From an uncultured Dehalococcoidia bacterium (GTDB lineage Bacteria; Chloroflexota; Dehalococcoidia; Lucifugimonadales; GCA-2712585): a stretch of 64,000 bases of DNA. Below the pieces are notes generated by a model. It was not told the origin of the DNA. It saw only the letters and a list, made by a program, of their open reading frames with translations, and did not search any database. This document shows, in pieces, positions 52,075 through 61,373 of this stretch. Both the position numbers and the translations under genes were made by a program. Location: positions 2,331,141 through 2,395,140 of the forward strand of contig OX638324.1 of NCBI GenBank assembly GCA_951812825.1. Reading direction: 5' to 3'. Position 1 is the first letter of the stretch, and every line of letters starts with the position of its first letter.

Positions 52075-54126
52075 ATGAAGACGCACATGTCAAGACCGTG
52101 GAATGTTTATGCCCTGATAGCCGGCATATTGGCCTTAACTCTGTTCGTATTAGCGTGTGGGACTTCCGAAGAAACTGCAACTCCCACCGCCGCACCCCTT
52201 CCCACACCCATCCCTATAGACATCGCCGGTATCACCGCTGACTTCCAGAGAATTGTCCAACAGGAAGTAGAAAAAGTTCAGCCCCCTCTGTCTGAGGATG
52301 AAATACGCAATCTCATTGAGGCAGCCGTCAGCAGCGGTGTGCCCGAAGGTTTAACCGCCTCTCAGGTCCAGGCAATGGTAGATGATGCGGTTTCAGCCGC
52401 CGCTGACGAGGCAGTCACCGAGGGGGACGTCACAGCGGCCATCGGTCAAGCCATCGCCGACGCGCTTGCTTCAGCCTCGGAACCCCTGTCGAAAAGCGAA
52501 ATAGAGAGCATAGTAAGGGCCGCCATACCGGAGCCCACCCCTGCTCCCACCCCTGTTGCAACCGCCGTACCCACCGCCACACCTGTGCCGACCACCCCGG
52601 CAGCGCCAAAGGTCCCGGTTGCGTCTCGATTGAGGCTGGCCGTGAGTCCGCCGGCAACTCAGAAGATGATGGCCCATCTGGGGGCACGCAGCGTAATGCC
52701 TACCCTGTTTCCCATGTATGACTTCCCCATTCACCGAAATTACATAACGGCTGACTACACCAAGGAAGGCTTGGCCGAAGACTGGACTCTGTCTTCCGAC
52801 GGAAAGCTATGGAATTTCAAGCTAAGACAGGGAGTCAACTTCCACAAGGGGTTTGGCGAGTTAACCGTCAAGGACATTGTCACTACCCACACGGTGTACC
52901 TGGGACCAACTTCTCGGGCGGGCAGCGGTCCGATGAGAGACACTACTTCGGACAATTTTGAGATCGTCAGCGACCATGAGTTTAACTTCACGACACCAAA
53001 ACCCTCCCCCGATCTATTGGAGTGGTGGAGCGACGCCCGGCAGTTCTCCATAATCAGCGACACCTATCTAAATGCTGTTGGCGAAGACGTATACAATCAA
53101 TCCCCAATTGGCACCGGACCGTGGAGCTTTGTTAGCCTTGAAATAAACGTCGGCGCCGTATTCGAAAGGAACGAGGAGCATTTCCGAAAAGTTCCCGAGT
53201 TTGCAGAACTGGAAGCGAGGTATATGTCGGAGGATGCAGTCCGCCTGGCGAGTTTGCTCACCGGAGAGAATCACATCGCCCAGGTGGCCCGAGCGTCACA
53301 CACCCAGGTGCGTGCGCAGGGACATCAGATTGCCACGGCGTCTATCCCCTTCGTTCAGGTCTGGACATCCGTTGGAGGTCTCTATTTCCCCGATGCCCCA
53401 ACGTATGATCCCGACTCGGCCCTGTTGGACCCCAACGTGCGCCTCGCCTTGAATCTGGCGGTTGACAAGCAGGCCATTGTCGACAGCTTCCTGAACGAAC
53501 TGGCCACGGTAGGGTCCGTCCTCAGCATTCCTCCGGGACATCAACACTTTGATCCCAGGTGGGATCCCCATCCGTACGACCCGGAAAGAGCCCGGCAACT
53601 AATTGCCGATGCAGACGCGGAAGGGTATTCCTTCAACGTCACTACGGCCCCTTCGGGCAGGGTTCCTGAAGTCGTCGACATCGCGGAAAGTTACGTTGGA
53701 TACTGGACTAGCATTGGCCTCAACCCAACTCTCGAAATCGCCGAGCCTGCGGATATCACCTTCAGAGGACGCAACAGAGGCAACGGCAACAGCGTAACCG
53801 TTGCCGCTCACTCGGCTACTCCTCTGCAGGTTGGGTGGCTGCCCTTCATTCTCAGTACGAAAATCGGAATGCGCGGCTCTTACTGGGAATTCGATGACCT
53901 GGACGCCCTATGGCTTGAATTCATCGAGCTCGCGGGTGATGAAGAACGCTCCGCCAAGCTAGGAGAGATTGGAGACTACATATACGACAACACACTTATA
54001 GGTCCAATCATCTTCGTTCCTTCCCAGGTGGCCTTCAATCCAGGGGTAATTGAGGACTACACCGTCAACTATATGGGCTACGGCCCCATCGTTCACCACG
54101 AGTACACGGTGCCCATCTACGAATAG
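52075..54126 (+). CDS. ABC transporter substrate-binding lipoprotein, family 5 (peptide/nickel, OppA/DppA-like) with an N-terminal repeat extension
   Basis: 683 aa. It has the lipobox VLAC and four helical repeats of about 18 aa, followed by a Pro/Thr/Ala linker. An SBP_bac_5-like body follows (WTLSSDGKLWNFKLRQGVNFHKGFGELTVKD...). Confidence 0.8.
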   Translation: MKTHMSRPWNVYALIAGILALTLFVLACGTSEETATPTAAPLPTPIPIDIAGITADFQRIVQQEVEKVQPPLSEDEIRNLIEAAVSSGVPEGLTASQVQAMVDDAVSAAADEAVTEGDVTAAIGQAIADALASASEPLSKSEIESIVRAAIPEPTPAPTPVATAVPTATPVPTTPAAPKVPVASRLRLAVSPPATQKMMAHLGARSVMPTLFPMYDFPIHRNYITADYTKEGLAEDWTLSSDGKLWNFKLRQGVNFHKGFGELTVKDIVTTHTVYLGPTSRAGSGPMRDTTSDNFEIVSDHEFNFTTPKPSPDLLEWWSDARQFSIISDTYLNAVGEDVYNQSPIGTGPWSFVSLEINVGAVFERNEEHFRKVPEFAELEARYMSEDAVRLASLLTGENHIAQVARASHTQVRAQGHQIATASIPFVQVWTSVGGLYFPDAPTYDPDSALLDPNVRLALNLAVDKQAIVDSFLNELATVGSVLSIPPGHQHFDPRWDPHPYDPERARQLIADADAEGYSFNVTTAPSGRVPEVVDIAESYVGYWTSIGLNPTLEIAEPADITFRGRNRGNGNSVTVAAHSATPLQVGWLPFILSTKIGMRGSYWEFDDLDALWLEFIELAGDEERSAKLGEIGDYIYDNTLIGPIIFVPSQVAFNPGVIEDYTVNYMGYGPIVHHEYTVPIYE

Positions 54127-54377
54127 GCATCAAGACGTGGATCAAGTGACCGAACTAGGGGTGCGGACTCTTCCATAAGAGGGTTCGCGCCCTTGTAATG
54201 CTATAGGTCAGCAGATCCTCGTTGAGTTGCAGATTGTCTCAAGTTAGTAGAATGGTACCGCAGGGTAAAGGCTGGCGGGAGCAGTATGGATATGGGACGA
54301 TAATGTTAGTGGCACATGTCTTGCACTAGTTGCCCGGGAGGTAGTCATGCGTTTGATAGTGAAAAGTGAGGAAGAAC

Positions 54378-55133
54378 ATGGGAAGGCTGGACAATAAAGT
54401 AGCTCTCATTACCGGTGGTTCTCGTGGCCAGGGCGCCGTTGAATCTAAACTGTTTGCGCGGGAAGGAGCCAAGGTTGTCTTCGGCGATATTCTCGATGAG
54501 GAAGGAAAGCAAGTCGAGAGGGAGATAATTGAAATGGGATGTGAGGCCGTCTATGTTCATCTGGATGTGACCAGTGAAGAGGACTGGGCGAAAGCAATAG
54601 CCACAACCGAAACCAAATTCGGCAAGCTTGAAATATTGGTGAATAACGCGGGCGTTTCTATCGGCAAACGCGGTATAGAGGACACTTCCGTCCAGGATTG
54701 GGACCACATTATGGATATCAACGTCAAGGGCGTGTTCCTGGGTACCAAATCTGTAATTCCTGCCATGAGAAGGGCCGGCGGAGGCTCCATTATCAACATC
54801 TCCTCTACCGCAGGTATCGTGGCCATAGGCCGGTCCGCTGCCTACAACGCTACTAAAGGGGCTGTGCGCGTCTTTTCGAAGGCGACCGCAATCCAACATG
54901 CGAAGGACAATATAAGATGCAACTCGGTCCACCCGGGGCCCATCGACACCGCATTTCTTCAGGACCTCATAGATAATCCCGTTCTTCTTCAGGAGCGGCT
55001 CAAGAAGGTTCCTCTGGGAAGAATCGGGACTCCGAAAGATGTAGCCTACGGTGTCCTTTACCTGGCCTCCGACGAGTCTTCTTACGTTACCGGTTCTGAA
55101 CTTGTGATTGACGGAGGCTCAACAGCGGAATAG
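54378..55133 (+). CDS. Short-chain dehydrogenase/reductase (FabG/3-alpha(20-beta)-HSD-like)
   Basis: It has TGGSRGQG (TGxxxGxG), NNAG and the YNATKGAVR (YxxxK) catalytic motif. ATG 54378 is preceded by GAGGAAG. Confidence 0.9.
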   Translation: MGRLDNKVALITGGSRGQGAVESKLFAREGAKVVFGDILDEEGKQVEREIIEMGCEAVYVHLDVTSEEDWAKAIATTETKFGKLEILVNNAGVSIGKRGIEDTSVQDWDHIMDINVKGVFLGTKSVIPAMRRAGGGSIINISSTAGIVAIGRSAAYNATKGAVRVFSKATAIQHAKDNIRCNSVHPGPIDTAFLQDLIDNPVLLQERLKKVPLGRIGTPKDVAYGVLYLASDESSYVTGSELVIDGGSTAE

Positions 55134-55310
55134 CTATCCCCAGCAACGTTAGGAACAATGCGCTTGACGTCCATCAACCTCTCCCGTAAGCCAACATCAC
55201 TTCTCCGTGGAACTGAGTCAAACTGTTCAGACTCTCCACATATACGGGATCGGATAGCAACCGTGGACCACACCATATGGTTCGAATCCCCTCAGGTCTT
55301 AGCTATGGAT

Positions 55311-55386
55311 TGGTGGAGCTGGGGGGACTCGAACCCCCTACCTCTTCAATGCCATTGAAGCGCTCTCCCAGATGAGCTACAGCCCC
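55311..55386 (-). tRNA. tRNA-Ala (anticodon GGC) with encoded CCA
   Basis: The reverse complement folds as GGGGCTG-TA-GCTC-ATCTGGGA-GAGC-G-CTTCA-ATGGCAT-TGAAG-AGGTA-GGGGG-TTCGAGT-CCCCC-CAGCTCC-ACCA. A G3:U70 pair is present, which is the Ala identity element. Confidence 0.9.
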
Positions 55387-55514
55387 ATGAGGTTGTAAAT
55401 GATAGCACAGGTTTGGGTTTTAATCCCAGGGCGGGGGGGCGGAAGGGTGTGGGAGTGAATCTTCGCCGGCGTGGTGGGATGAGGCTTGCCAGGGTTTGGT
55501 TTGACTTTTGACGG

Positions 55515-56780
55515 TCAGTGGGGCGCTATTACGCTGAAGCCGGCGTAAGGGCGAAGGGCTTCGGGTATGAGGACGGAGCCGTCGGACTGCTGTCCGTTTT
55601 CAAGGACGGTGATGACTATACGCGGCAGGGCAAGGCCGGAGCCGTTGAGGGTGTGGGCCAGGGTTGGCGGAGCGCCGGTTTCGGTACGGAAGCGGACGTT
55701 GGCACGGCGGGCCTGGAAGTCGGTGCAGTTGGAGCAGGAACTCACCTCCAGCCACTCCTTGGAGCCGGGGGCCCACACCTCCAAGTCGTAGGACTTGGCG
55801 GATGCAAAGCCCAATTCCGGGGCGCACAGCTGTAGGACACGGTAGGGCAGTTCCAGAGCCTGACAGACCATCTCGGCGTCGGCGACGAGGCCTTGCAGCT
55901 CATCCTCAGATGTCTCAGGTTCGACGAACTTGTACATCTCCACCTTCTGGAACTGGTGGACCCGCTTGATGCCACGGGTGTCGCGTCCGGCGGCGGCTTT
56001 CTCGCGACGGAAGCAGGGGGTGGAGGCGGTGTAGCGGAGGGGCAGCGTGTCCGGGGGGAGCACCTCATCGCGGTGCAGGTTGGTGAGAGGCACCTCGGCG
56101 GTAGGGATGAGCCATAGATCGTCTTCGTCGTCGTGATAGAGGTTGTCGCCGAACTTGGGGAGATTGCCGGAAGCTTCCATGACGTCGCGGCGGACGACGG
56201 CGGGAAGCTGGGCTTCCGTGTAGCCGTTCCTGGTGGTATGGAGGTCCAGCATGAAGTTGACGAGGGCGCGTTCCAGCCGGGCGCCTTGCCCCATGAGGAC
56301 GAAGAAGCGTGAGCCGGCGAGTTTTGCGCCGCGGGGCAGGTCGATGACGCCAAGGATCTCGCCCAGATCCCAGTGGGGCTTGGGCAGGAAGTCGAAGGCG
56401 GGCATATCGCCCCAGGTGCGAATGACGACGTTGTCGTCTTCGCCTTCGCCGTCGGGCACGTCGGGCTGGGGGATGTTGGGCATGCCGAGGAGGAGGTTGT
56501 GGAGTTCTGCCTGGACCTGGTCGTGCTGCTCGTCCAGGTCGGTTATCTGCTGACCGACCTGTCGCATTTCTGCGATGAGGGGGGCCCTATCGCCGGACAT
56601 GCGGCCGATGGCGCGGCTGGTCTCGTTGCGGAGGGCGCGGAGTCTGTCGGCCTGGGCCTGGAGGCTGCGGCGTTCTTCGTCGAGGGAGATTATCTGGTCG
56701 ATGGGCTGCTCCTCGCCGCGTCGGGCCAGGGCTTTGGAGACGAACTCCGGGTCTTTGCGGATGAGTTCGATGGACAGCAT
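55515..56780 (-). CDS. serS: Seryl-tRNA synthetase
   Basis: 421 aa. It has an N-terminal coiled-coil arm (MLSIELIRKDPEFVSKALARRGE...) and the class II core motifs. Confidence 0.95.
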   Translation of the reverse strand: MLSIELIRKDPEFVSKALARRGEEQPIDQIISLDEERRSLQAQADRLRALRNETSRAIGRMSGDRAPLIAEMRQVGQQITDLDEQHDQVQAELHNLLLGMPNIPQPDVPDGEGEDDNVVIRTWGDMPAFDFLPKPHWDLGEILGVIDLPRGAKLAGSRFFVLMGQGARLERALVNFMLDLHTTRNGYTEAQLPAVVRRDVMEASGNLPKFGDNLYHDDEDDLWLIPTAEVPLTNLHRDEVLPPDTLPLRYTASTPCFRREKAAAGRDTRGIKRVHQFQKVEMYKFVEPETSEDELQGLVADAEMVCQALELPYRVLQLCAPELGFASAKSYDLEVWAPGSKEWLEVSSCSNCTDFQARRANVRFRTETGAPPTLAHTLNGSGLALPRIVITVLENGQQSDGSVLIPEALRPYAGFSVIAPH

Positions 56781-56783
56781 GGG

Positions 56784-58277
56784 CTAGTCCCTGGTGCGCA
56801 TTTGCGGGAAAAGCAAGATGTCCCTGATGGTAGTCTGGCCGGTGAGCAGCATGACCAGCCTATCTATGCCGATGCCGAGGCCGCCGGTGGGGGGCATTCC
56901 GTACTCCAGGGCGAGGAGGAAATCCTCGTCCGTCCGGTCGGTCTCCTCGTCGGCGAAGAGGCGGCGGGCTTCTTCCTGCTCTTCGAAGCGTCGACGCTGC
57001 TCCATGGGATCGTTCAACTCGGTGTAGGCGTTGGCGAGTTCCATGCCTACGACGAAGCATTCGAAACGCTCCACCAGGTGGGGGCTGCCGGGCTTCTTCT
57101 TGGCCAGAGGGGACATGGCCATGGGGTAGTCGATGATGAAGGTGGGCTGGATGAGGTGGGGTTCGACGGCCTGGGAGAGGAGCTTGTCGTAGACCTGATG
57201 GACGGGACCGGGGGCGAGGTCGAAGCCCTTTTGTCTGGCTTCGACGATCAGGTCATCGGTTGTAGCTTCGCCCTGAAGGTAGGGGGTTAGATCAATGCCG
57301 CCGTATTCTTTAATGGCATCGCAGAAGGGGAGGCGTCGCCACGGGGGCTTGAGGTCTATGGAGTGTTCCTCGTACTGAATGGTGGACGAATCGAAGACGG
57401 TCTGGGCGGCGTGGTGGACCATCTCCTCAACCATTGACATAACGTTGGTATAGTCGGCGTAGGCTTCGTAGCTCTCCATCATGGTGAACTCGGGGTTGTG
57501 GTCCTGGTCTACGCCCTCGTTGCGGAAGATGCGGCCGATTTCGTAGACCTTGTCGAATCCGCCGACTATCAGGCGCTTCAGGTAGAGCTCGGTGGCGATG
57601 CGCATGTATAGCTGCTGGTCGAGGGCGTTGTGGTGGGTGACGAAGGGGCGGGCTAGGGCGCCGGCGGCTATGGGAACGAGGACGGGTGTGTCCACCTCCA
57701 CGAAACCGCGGGCGTTCATGAAGGAGCGGACGGCCTCGATGATGCGGCTGCGTTGGACGAAGGTCGGCATGATATCGTCGTTGTTGGCGATTAAGTCGAG
57801 GTAGCGCTGTCGATAACGCTGCTCGGTGTCGCGGAGGCCGTGCCACTTTTCCGGCAGGGGGCGTATGGACTTGGAGAGGAGGTTGAAGGAGCGGGCCTCG
57901 ACGGTTACTTCGCCGGTGCGGGTGCGGATCATGGGGCCGGAGGCTTCGATGAAGTCGCCGACGTCGAGGTCGCGGAGGATGGGGTAGGCGTCTCCGACGA
58001 GGTCGGCGCGAAGCTGGACCTGCAGTTTGCCGGTTGAATCGCGGAGGTCGATGAAGGTGTTCTTGCCCATGCCGCGTCGGGCGATGATTCGTCCAGCGAC
58101 GGTTACGGTGGGGGATTCGCCCTGTTCCGACTGCACTTGGCGGAGGAAGAGGTCCCTGGCGTCTGCGTTGGGGTGGGTGCGCGTGACGCGAGGGGGATAG
58201 GGGTCAATTCCCTTGTCCAGGAGACGTTGGAGCTTCTGCTGGCGGCTTGTGCGGTGGTCGGGAACCCGTTTTGGCAT
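56784..58277 (-). CDS. lysS: Lysyl-tRNA synthetase, class II
   Basis: 497 aa. It has an OB-fold anticodon-binding N-domain (VTVAGRIIARRGMGKNTFIDLRD) and a class II catalytic core (FRNEGVDQDHNPEFTMMESY, GLGIGIDRLVMLL). Confidence 0.95.
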   Translation of the reverse strand: MPKRVPDHRTSRQQKLQRLLDKGIDPYPPRVTRTHPNADARDLFLRQVQSEQGESPTVTVAGRIIARRGMGKNTFIDLRDSTGKLQVQLRADLVGDAYPILRDLDVGDFIEASGPMIRTRTGEVTVEARSFNLLSKSIRPLPEKWHGLRDTEQRYRQRYLDLIANNDDIMPTFVQRSRIIEAVRSFMNARGFVEVDTPVLVPIAAGALARPFVTHHNALDQQLYMRIATELYLKRLIVGGFDKVYEIGRIFRNEGVDQDHNPEFTMMESYEAYADYTNVMSMVEEMVHHAAQTVFDSSTIQYEEHSIDLKPPWRRLPFCDAIKEYGGIDLTPYLQGEATTDDLIVEARQKGFDLAPGPVHQVYDKLLSQAVEPHLIQPTFIIDYPMAMSPLAKKKPGSPHLVERFECFVVGMELANAYTELNDPMEQRRRFEEQEEARRLFADEETDRTDEDFLLALEYGMPPTGGLGIGIDRLVMLLTGQTTIRDILLFPQMRTRD

Positions 58278-58299
58278 AGGAAGAGGGCGCGTGATTAGT

Positions 58300-58770
58300 C
58301 TACTGGATGTCCAGGACTTCCAGGTTAATTGTTCCGGCGGGCACCTGAACTTTGGCCACCTGACCTACTTTCGTTCCGAGGAGGGCTTTGCCGATGGGAG
58401 AAAGGTTGGAGATTTTGCCCTGGGAGGGGTCGGCTTCCGGGCTGCCGACGATGAAGTAGCTTTCCTTCTTGCCCCGCCGCTCGTTCATAACCGTTACGGT
58501 GGAACCCACGTTTACTTTGTCGGAGTCCTCTGCCACGTCCTCGATGATGGTTGACTTGTTGATTATGCGCTCAAGGTCGAGGATTCGGCCCTCGATGAAG
58601 GCCTGTTCCTTCTTTGCTTCGTCGTACTCGGCGTTGTCGACGGTGCCGCCGATGGAGTTGGCGCGCTGGATCCTGTCGGCGACTTCCTGGCGTCGGGTGG
58701 TACGGATGTAATCGAGTTCTTTCCGGAGCTTAACCAGGCCGTCTCTGGTGAGGTAGGTGGGTTGTGTCAA
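58300..58770 (-). CDS. greA: Transcription elongation factor GreA
   Basis: 156 aa. TRDGLVKLRKELDYIRTTRRQEVADRIQRA...NAEYDEAKKEQAFIEGRILDLE is followed by a C-terminal FKBP-like domain. Confidence 0.95.
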   Translation of the reverse strand: MTQPTYLTRDGLVKLRKELDYIRTTRRQEVADRIQRANSIGGTVDNAEYDEAKKEQAFIEGRILDLERIINKSTIIEDVAEDSDKVNVGSTVTVMNERRGKKESYFIVGSPEADPSQGKISNLSPIGKALLGTKVGQVAKVQVPAGTINLEVLDIQ

Positions 58771-58866
58771 GGTGAACCTCCAGAAAAAGAGAAAAGACCA
58801 GGCGCACTTCTGCCCTTGGCCCAGTCGCAGACATTGTACCGCTATGGGGATGAGTTGTAAAGGGGA

Positions 58867-59999
58867 TGTACTCGTTCAGTACATGTGAGACAGATTAGAA
58901 GGGACCAAGGATGGGTGGCACTGGAGAAGATACTGCAAAGGGGTTAGTCCGTCCAGGGAGTGATGAGGTCGGAAGGTGTCGTAGATTTGCTCCCATTTGA
59001 GCAGAGCCCGGTTGAGGGTAGAGACATCCAGTTCGCCATCATAGAGCTCGTAGAACTCTTCGGTATGAGTACGCTGGGCCCGCTCCACATGGCCGTTGAG
59101 CTTGGGAGAGCGCGGCGGCAGTATGAAGAGTTTGATATCGAACTTCTGGCAAGCGGTCTCGAAGTCCGCCATGAACTCGGAGCCTCCATCCACCTGAACT
59201 GCCTTGATGGGGAAGGGAAACCGTCGCCGCATGGACTCAAGGAACCGGGCCGCCAGTGTGGACGTGGCCCTTGTGTGCACCTCCAGCACGTCCCACCTGG
59301 AGACCATGTCCCGAGCGGTGAAGTGTTTGAGCACCATGCCAGGCAGAGGGCGCACGTCCAAAGTGTCCACCTGCACGATGTCCCCCGGTTCTATGACCTG
59401 ATACTCCCTCGGCTTCCGTACCCCATAGGGACGCGGACGCGTGCGCCTACGGGCCGATATACCGTCACGGGGCGGCTCTTTCAACACCCCACGGGCCTTC
59501 AAGCGAGTCAGAATGCGGCCCACCATGGATGTGGACACCTCCCAGCCCTTATCCCTGAGCAACGGCGCCAGCTTGTCCTTCCCCCATCTAGGATACTCTT
59601 CCCTCAGCTTTAGCACTGCCCTAGCTAACTCAACAGTCCACGTAGGCCGCCTCACCCTCTTGGGTCGTCGACTCTTGTCTACTAAGCCCGCCGGCCCTTC
59701 CTCCCTGAGGGCTTTGTCCCACCGGTACAGGCTACAGCGTGACAGTCCCAGTGCCTCTGCTGCTTCCGTTGCCGTCACTCCCCGTTGCCTCAATCTATTC
59801 CAGCCACTCACCCACCTCATCCGATCTTGCGCTTTCAACGTCAGCTGTGCTGGTGTCCTCTTCGAAAGCTGATAGAATGATTTGGGTAGTCCTACTACCC
59901 TCATGAAAGGGACCTCCTTCGGTCTATCTCACCCAAAGGATGGTCCCTTTCTATTTCCCTTACAACTCCATCCGTCTCATATCTATCTGAACGAGATCA
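58867..59999 (-). mobile_element. IS481-like insertion sequence, copy 2 (1133 bp, inverted relative to copy 1)
   Basis: It is the reverse complement of 5191-6323, with a single visible nucleotide difference (59769 versus 5421 region, Thr/Ser codon). The flanks are ...AAGGGGA and GAACCTG..., with no convincing target duplication. Confidence 0.85.
58876..59904 (-). CDS. IS481-family DDE transposase
   Basis: 342 aa, identical to 5286-6314 except residue 45 (T versus S). Confidence 0.9.
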   Translation of the reverse strand: MRVVGLPKSFYQLSKRTPAQLTLKAQDRMRWVSGWNRLRQRGVTATEAAEALGLSRCSLYRWDKALREEGPAGLVDKSRRPKRVRRPTWTVELARAVLKLREEYPRWGKDKLAPLLRDKGWEVSTSMVGRILTRLKARGVLKEPPRDGISARRRTRPRPYGVRKPREYQVIEPGDIVQVDTLDVRPLPGMVLKHFTARDMVSRWDVLEVHTRATSTLAARFLESMRRRFPFPIKAVQVDGGSEFMADFETACQKFDIKLFILPPRSPKLNGHVERAQRTHTEEFYELYDGELDVSTLNRALLKWEQIYDTFRPHHSLDGLTPLQYLLQCHPSLVPSNLSHMY

Positions 60000-60144
60000 G
60001 AACCTGGTTCTCGGGTTGCGTAAGTTCTGAGGTTACGGCGATGGACGAAAGGGGCTGATTATTGAGATGCAGGAATACTGTGAAAAATAGGCGGTTATTA
60101 TGTCAACCTGTGAAAAAGCAGGGCTGAAGTTAACGTAACATTTA

Positions 60145-60345
60145 TTGTGCGAACCTAGTGCATTCACCACGAGATTCTTCGACTTCGCTGCGCTCAGAAT
60201 GAAATGTGGGGGCGCGTTGTGCGCTGCGGCTCAGATTGGGGTGGGAGGATTGCGAGCCGTACCTACGGAAGGTGGGATGGATTCCCGTCTGCACGGGAAT
60301 GACGGGGGAGGCGGGCGACCACAAGGGTCGCTCCTAGGGGGGATG
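60145..60345. repeat. Mosaic of intergenic repeat modules
   Basis: It contains GATTCTTCGACTTCGCTGCGCTCAGAATGA (compare 38211-38250). It contains ATTCCCGT-CTGC-ACGGGAAT-GACG (compare 11455-11477). It also contains GGCGACCACAAGGGTCGC (compare 10833-10849). Confidence 0.5.
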
Positions 60346-60353
60346 GTTGGGGG

Positions 60354-61373
60354 TTAGGGCTTGACTGGCGGCGCTTGGTCGTAGCCCGGCGTCAGCAGGC
60401 AGGCAGCCCAGTGGTTTGGGCGCACCTCCCTGAACTCAGGCGTCTCGCGGGAGCACCGATCCTCCGCCATGGGACACCTCGGGTGGAAGACGCAGCCGCT
60501 GGGCGGATTCAACGGGCTGGGAGTCTCGCCGGGAAGGATTATCGGCTCTCGCGTCGCCTCCACCGCCGGGTCGGGTACGGGCACCGCCGAAAGCAGCGCC
60601 TGGGTGTAGGGGTGGGCCGGGTCGGAGTAGATTACGTCGCTGTCGGCCAGTTCGACCACGTGGCCAAGGTACATCACGGCCACCCGGTTGCTGATGTGCC
60701 GCACAACGGAGAGATCGTGGGCGATGAACAGGTACGTCAAGCCCATCTGCTGCTGCAGTTCCATGAGCAGGTTGATTATCTGTGCCTGAATGGAAACGTC
60801 CAGGGCGGAGACGGGTTCATCGGCAACGATGAACTCCGGGTTCAGCGCCAACGCCCGGGCGATGCCGATGCGCTGACGCTGGCCGCTGCTGAACTCGTGG
60901 GGGAAGCGGTCCAGCATGGACGGGTGAAAGCTGACGATTTCCGCCAGCTCCAGGACCCGCCGGCGCTGTTCTTCCCTGTCGGCCACGGTCTTGTGGATGG
61001 CGAGGGGTTCTCCGATTATCCGACCCGCCGTCATGCGCGGATTCAGGGATGCGTAGGGGTCCTGAAAAATCACCTGCATCCGACGCCGGAAGGGTCGCAG
61101 GTCCCTGTTGCCCAAGTCGGTGATGTCCTGGCCGTCGTACTCCACCCGCCCTTCGGTTGGCTTGTAGAGTCGCAACACGCATCGGCCCAGGGTGGTCTTG
61201 CCGCAGCCGCTCTCCCCCACCAATCCCAGGGTCTCGCCGCGCCTGATTGTCAGCGAAACGCCGTCTACGGCCTTTATCCAGCCCTGAACGCGCTGGAAGA
61301 AGATGCCCGAGGTGACGGGGAAGTGCATCTTCAGCCCCTCCAGGCGGAGGATGGTATCCTGGGCGGCGTTCAT
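60354..61373 (-). CDS. Oligopeptide/dipeptide ABC transporter ATP-binding protein (OppF/DppF-like)
   Basis: The preferred start is ATG 61373, in an ATGA overlap with the upstream gene. It has Walker [10 protein letters not shown], the signature SSGQRQR, Walker B IVADEP and the C-terminal oligopeptide-type extension with Cys residues. Confidence 0.85.
   Translation of the reverse strand: MNAAQDTILRLEGLKMHFPVTSGIFFQRVQGWIKAVDGVSLTIRRGETLGLVGESGCGKTTLGRCVLRLYKPTEGRVEYDGQDITDLGNRDLRPFRRRMQVIFQDPYASLNPRMTAGRIIGEPLAIHKTVADREEQRRRVLELAEIVSFHPSMLDRFPHEFSSGQRQRIGIARALALNPEFIVADEPVSALDVSIQAQIINLLMELQQQMGLTYLFIAHDLSVVRHISNRVAVMYLGHVVELADSDVIYSDPAHPYTQALLSAVPVPDPAVEATREPIILPGETPSPLNPPSGCVFHPRCPMAEDRCSRETPEFREVRPNHWAACLLTPGYDQAPPVKP

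Noticed and set aside
55215-55305. A complete plus-strand tRNA or tmRNA 3' domain ending at GGTTCGAATCCCCTCAGGTCTT
   Set aside because: The 5' T-stem strand and 5' acceptor strand cannot be paired. Only 4 of 7 acceptor pairs are possible with AGACTCT at 55227-55233. It is treated only as a possible tRNA-fragment scar.
5191-59999. Interpretation of the two inverted IS copies as the arms of a 55-kb composite transposon
   Set aside because: The interior carries essential single-copy-type genes (serS, lysS, greA, tRNA-Ala). Copy 1 has its own flanking GTGTG duplication, which indicates an independent simple insertion. No outer target duplication spanning both copies is visible.
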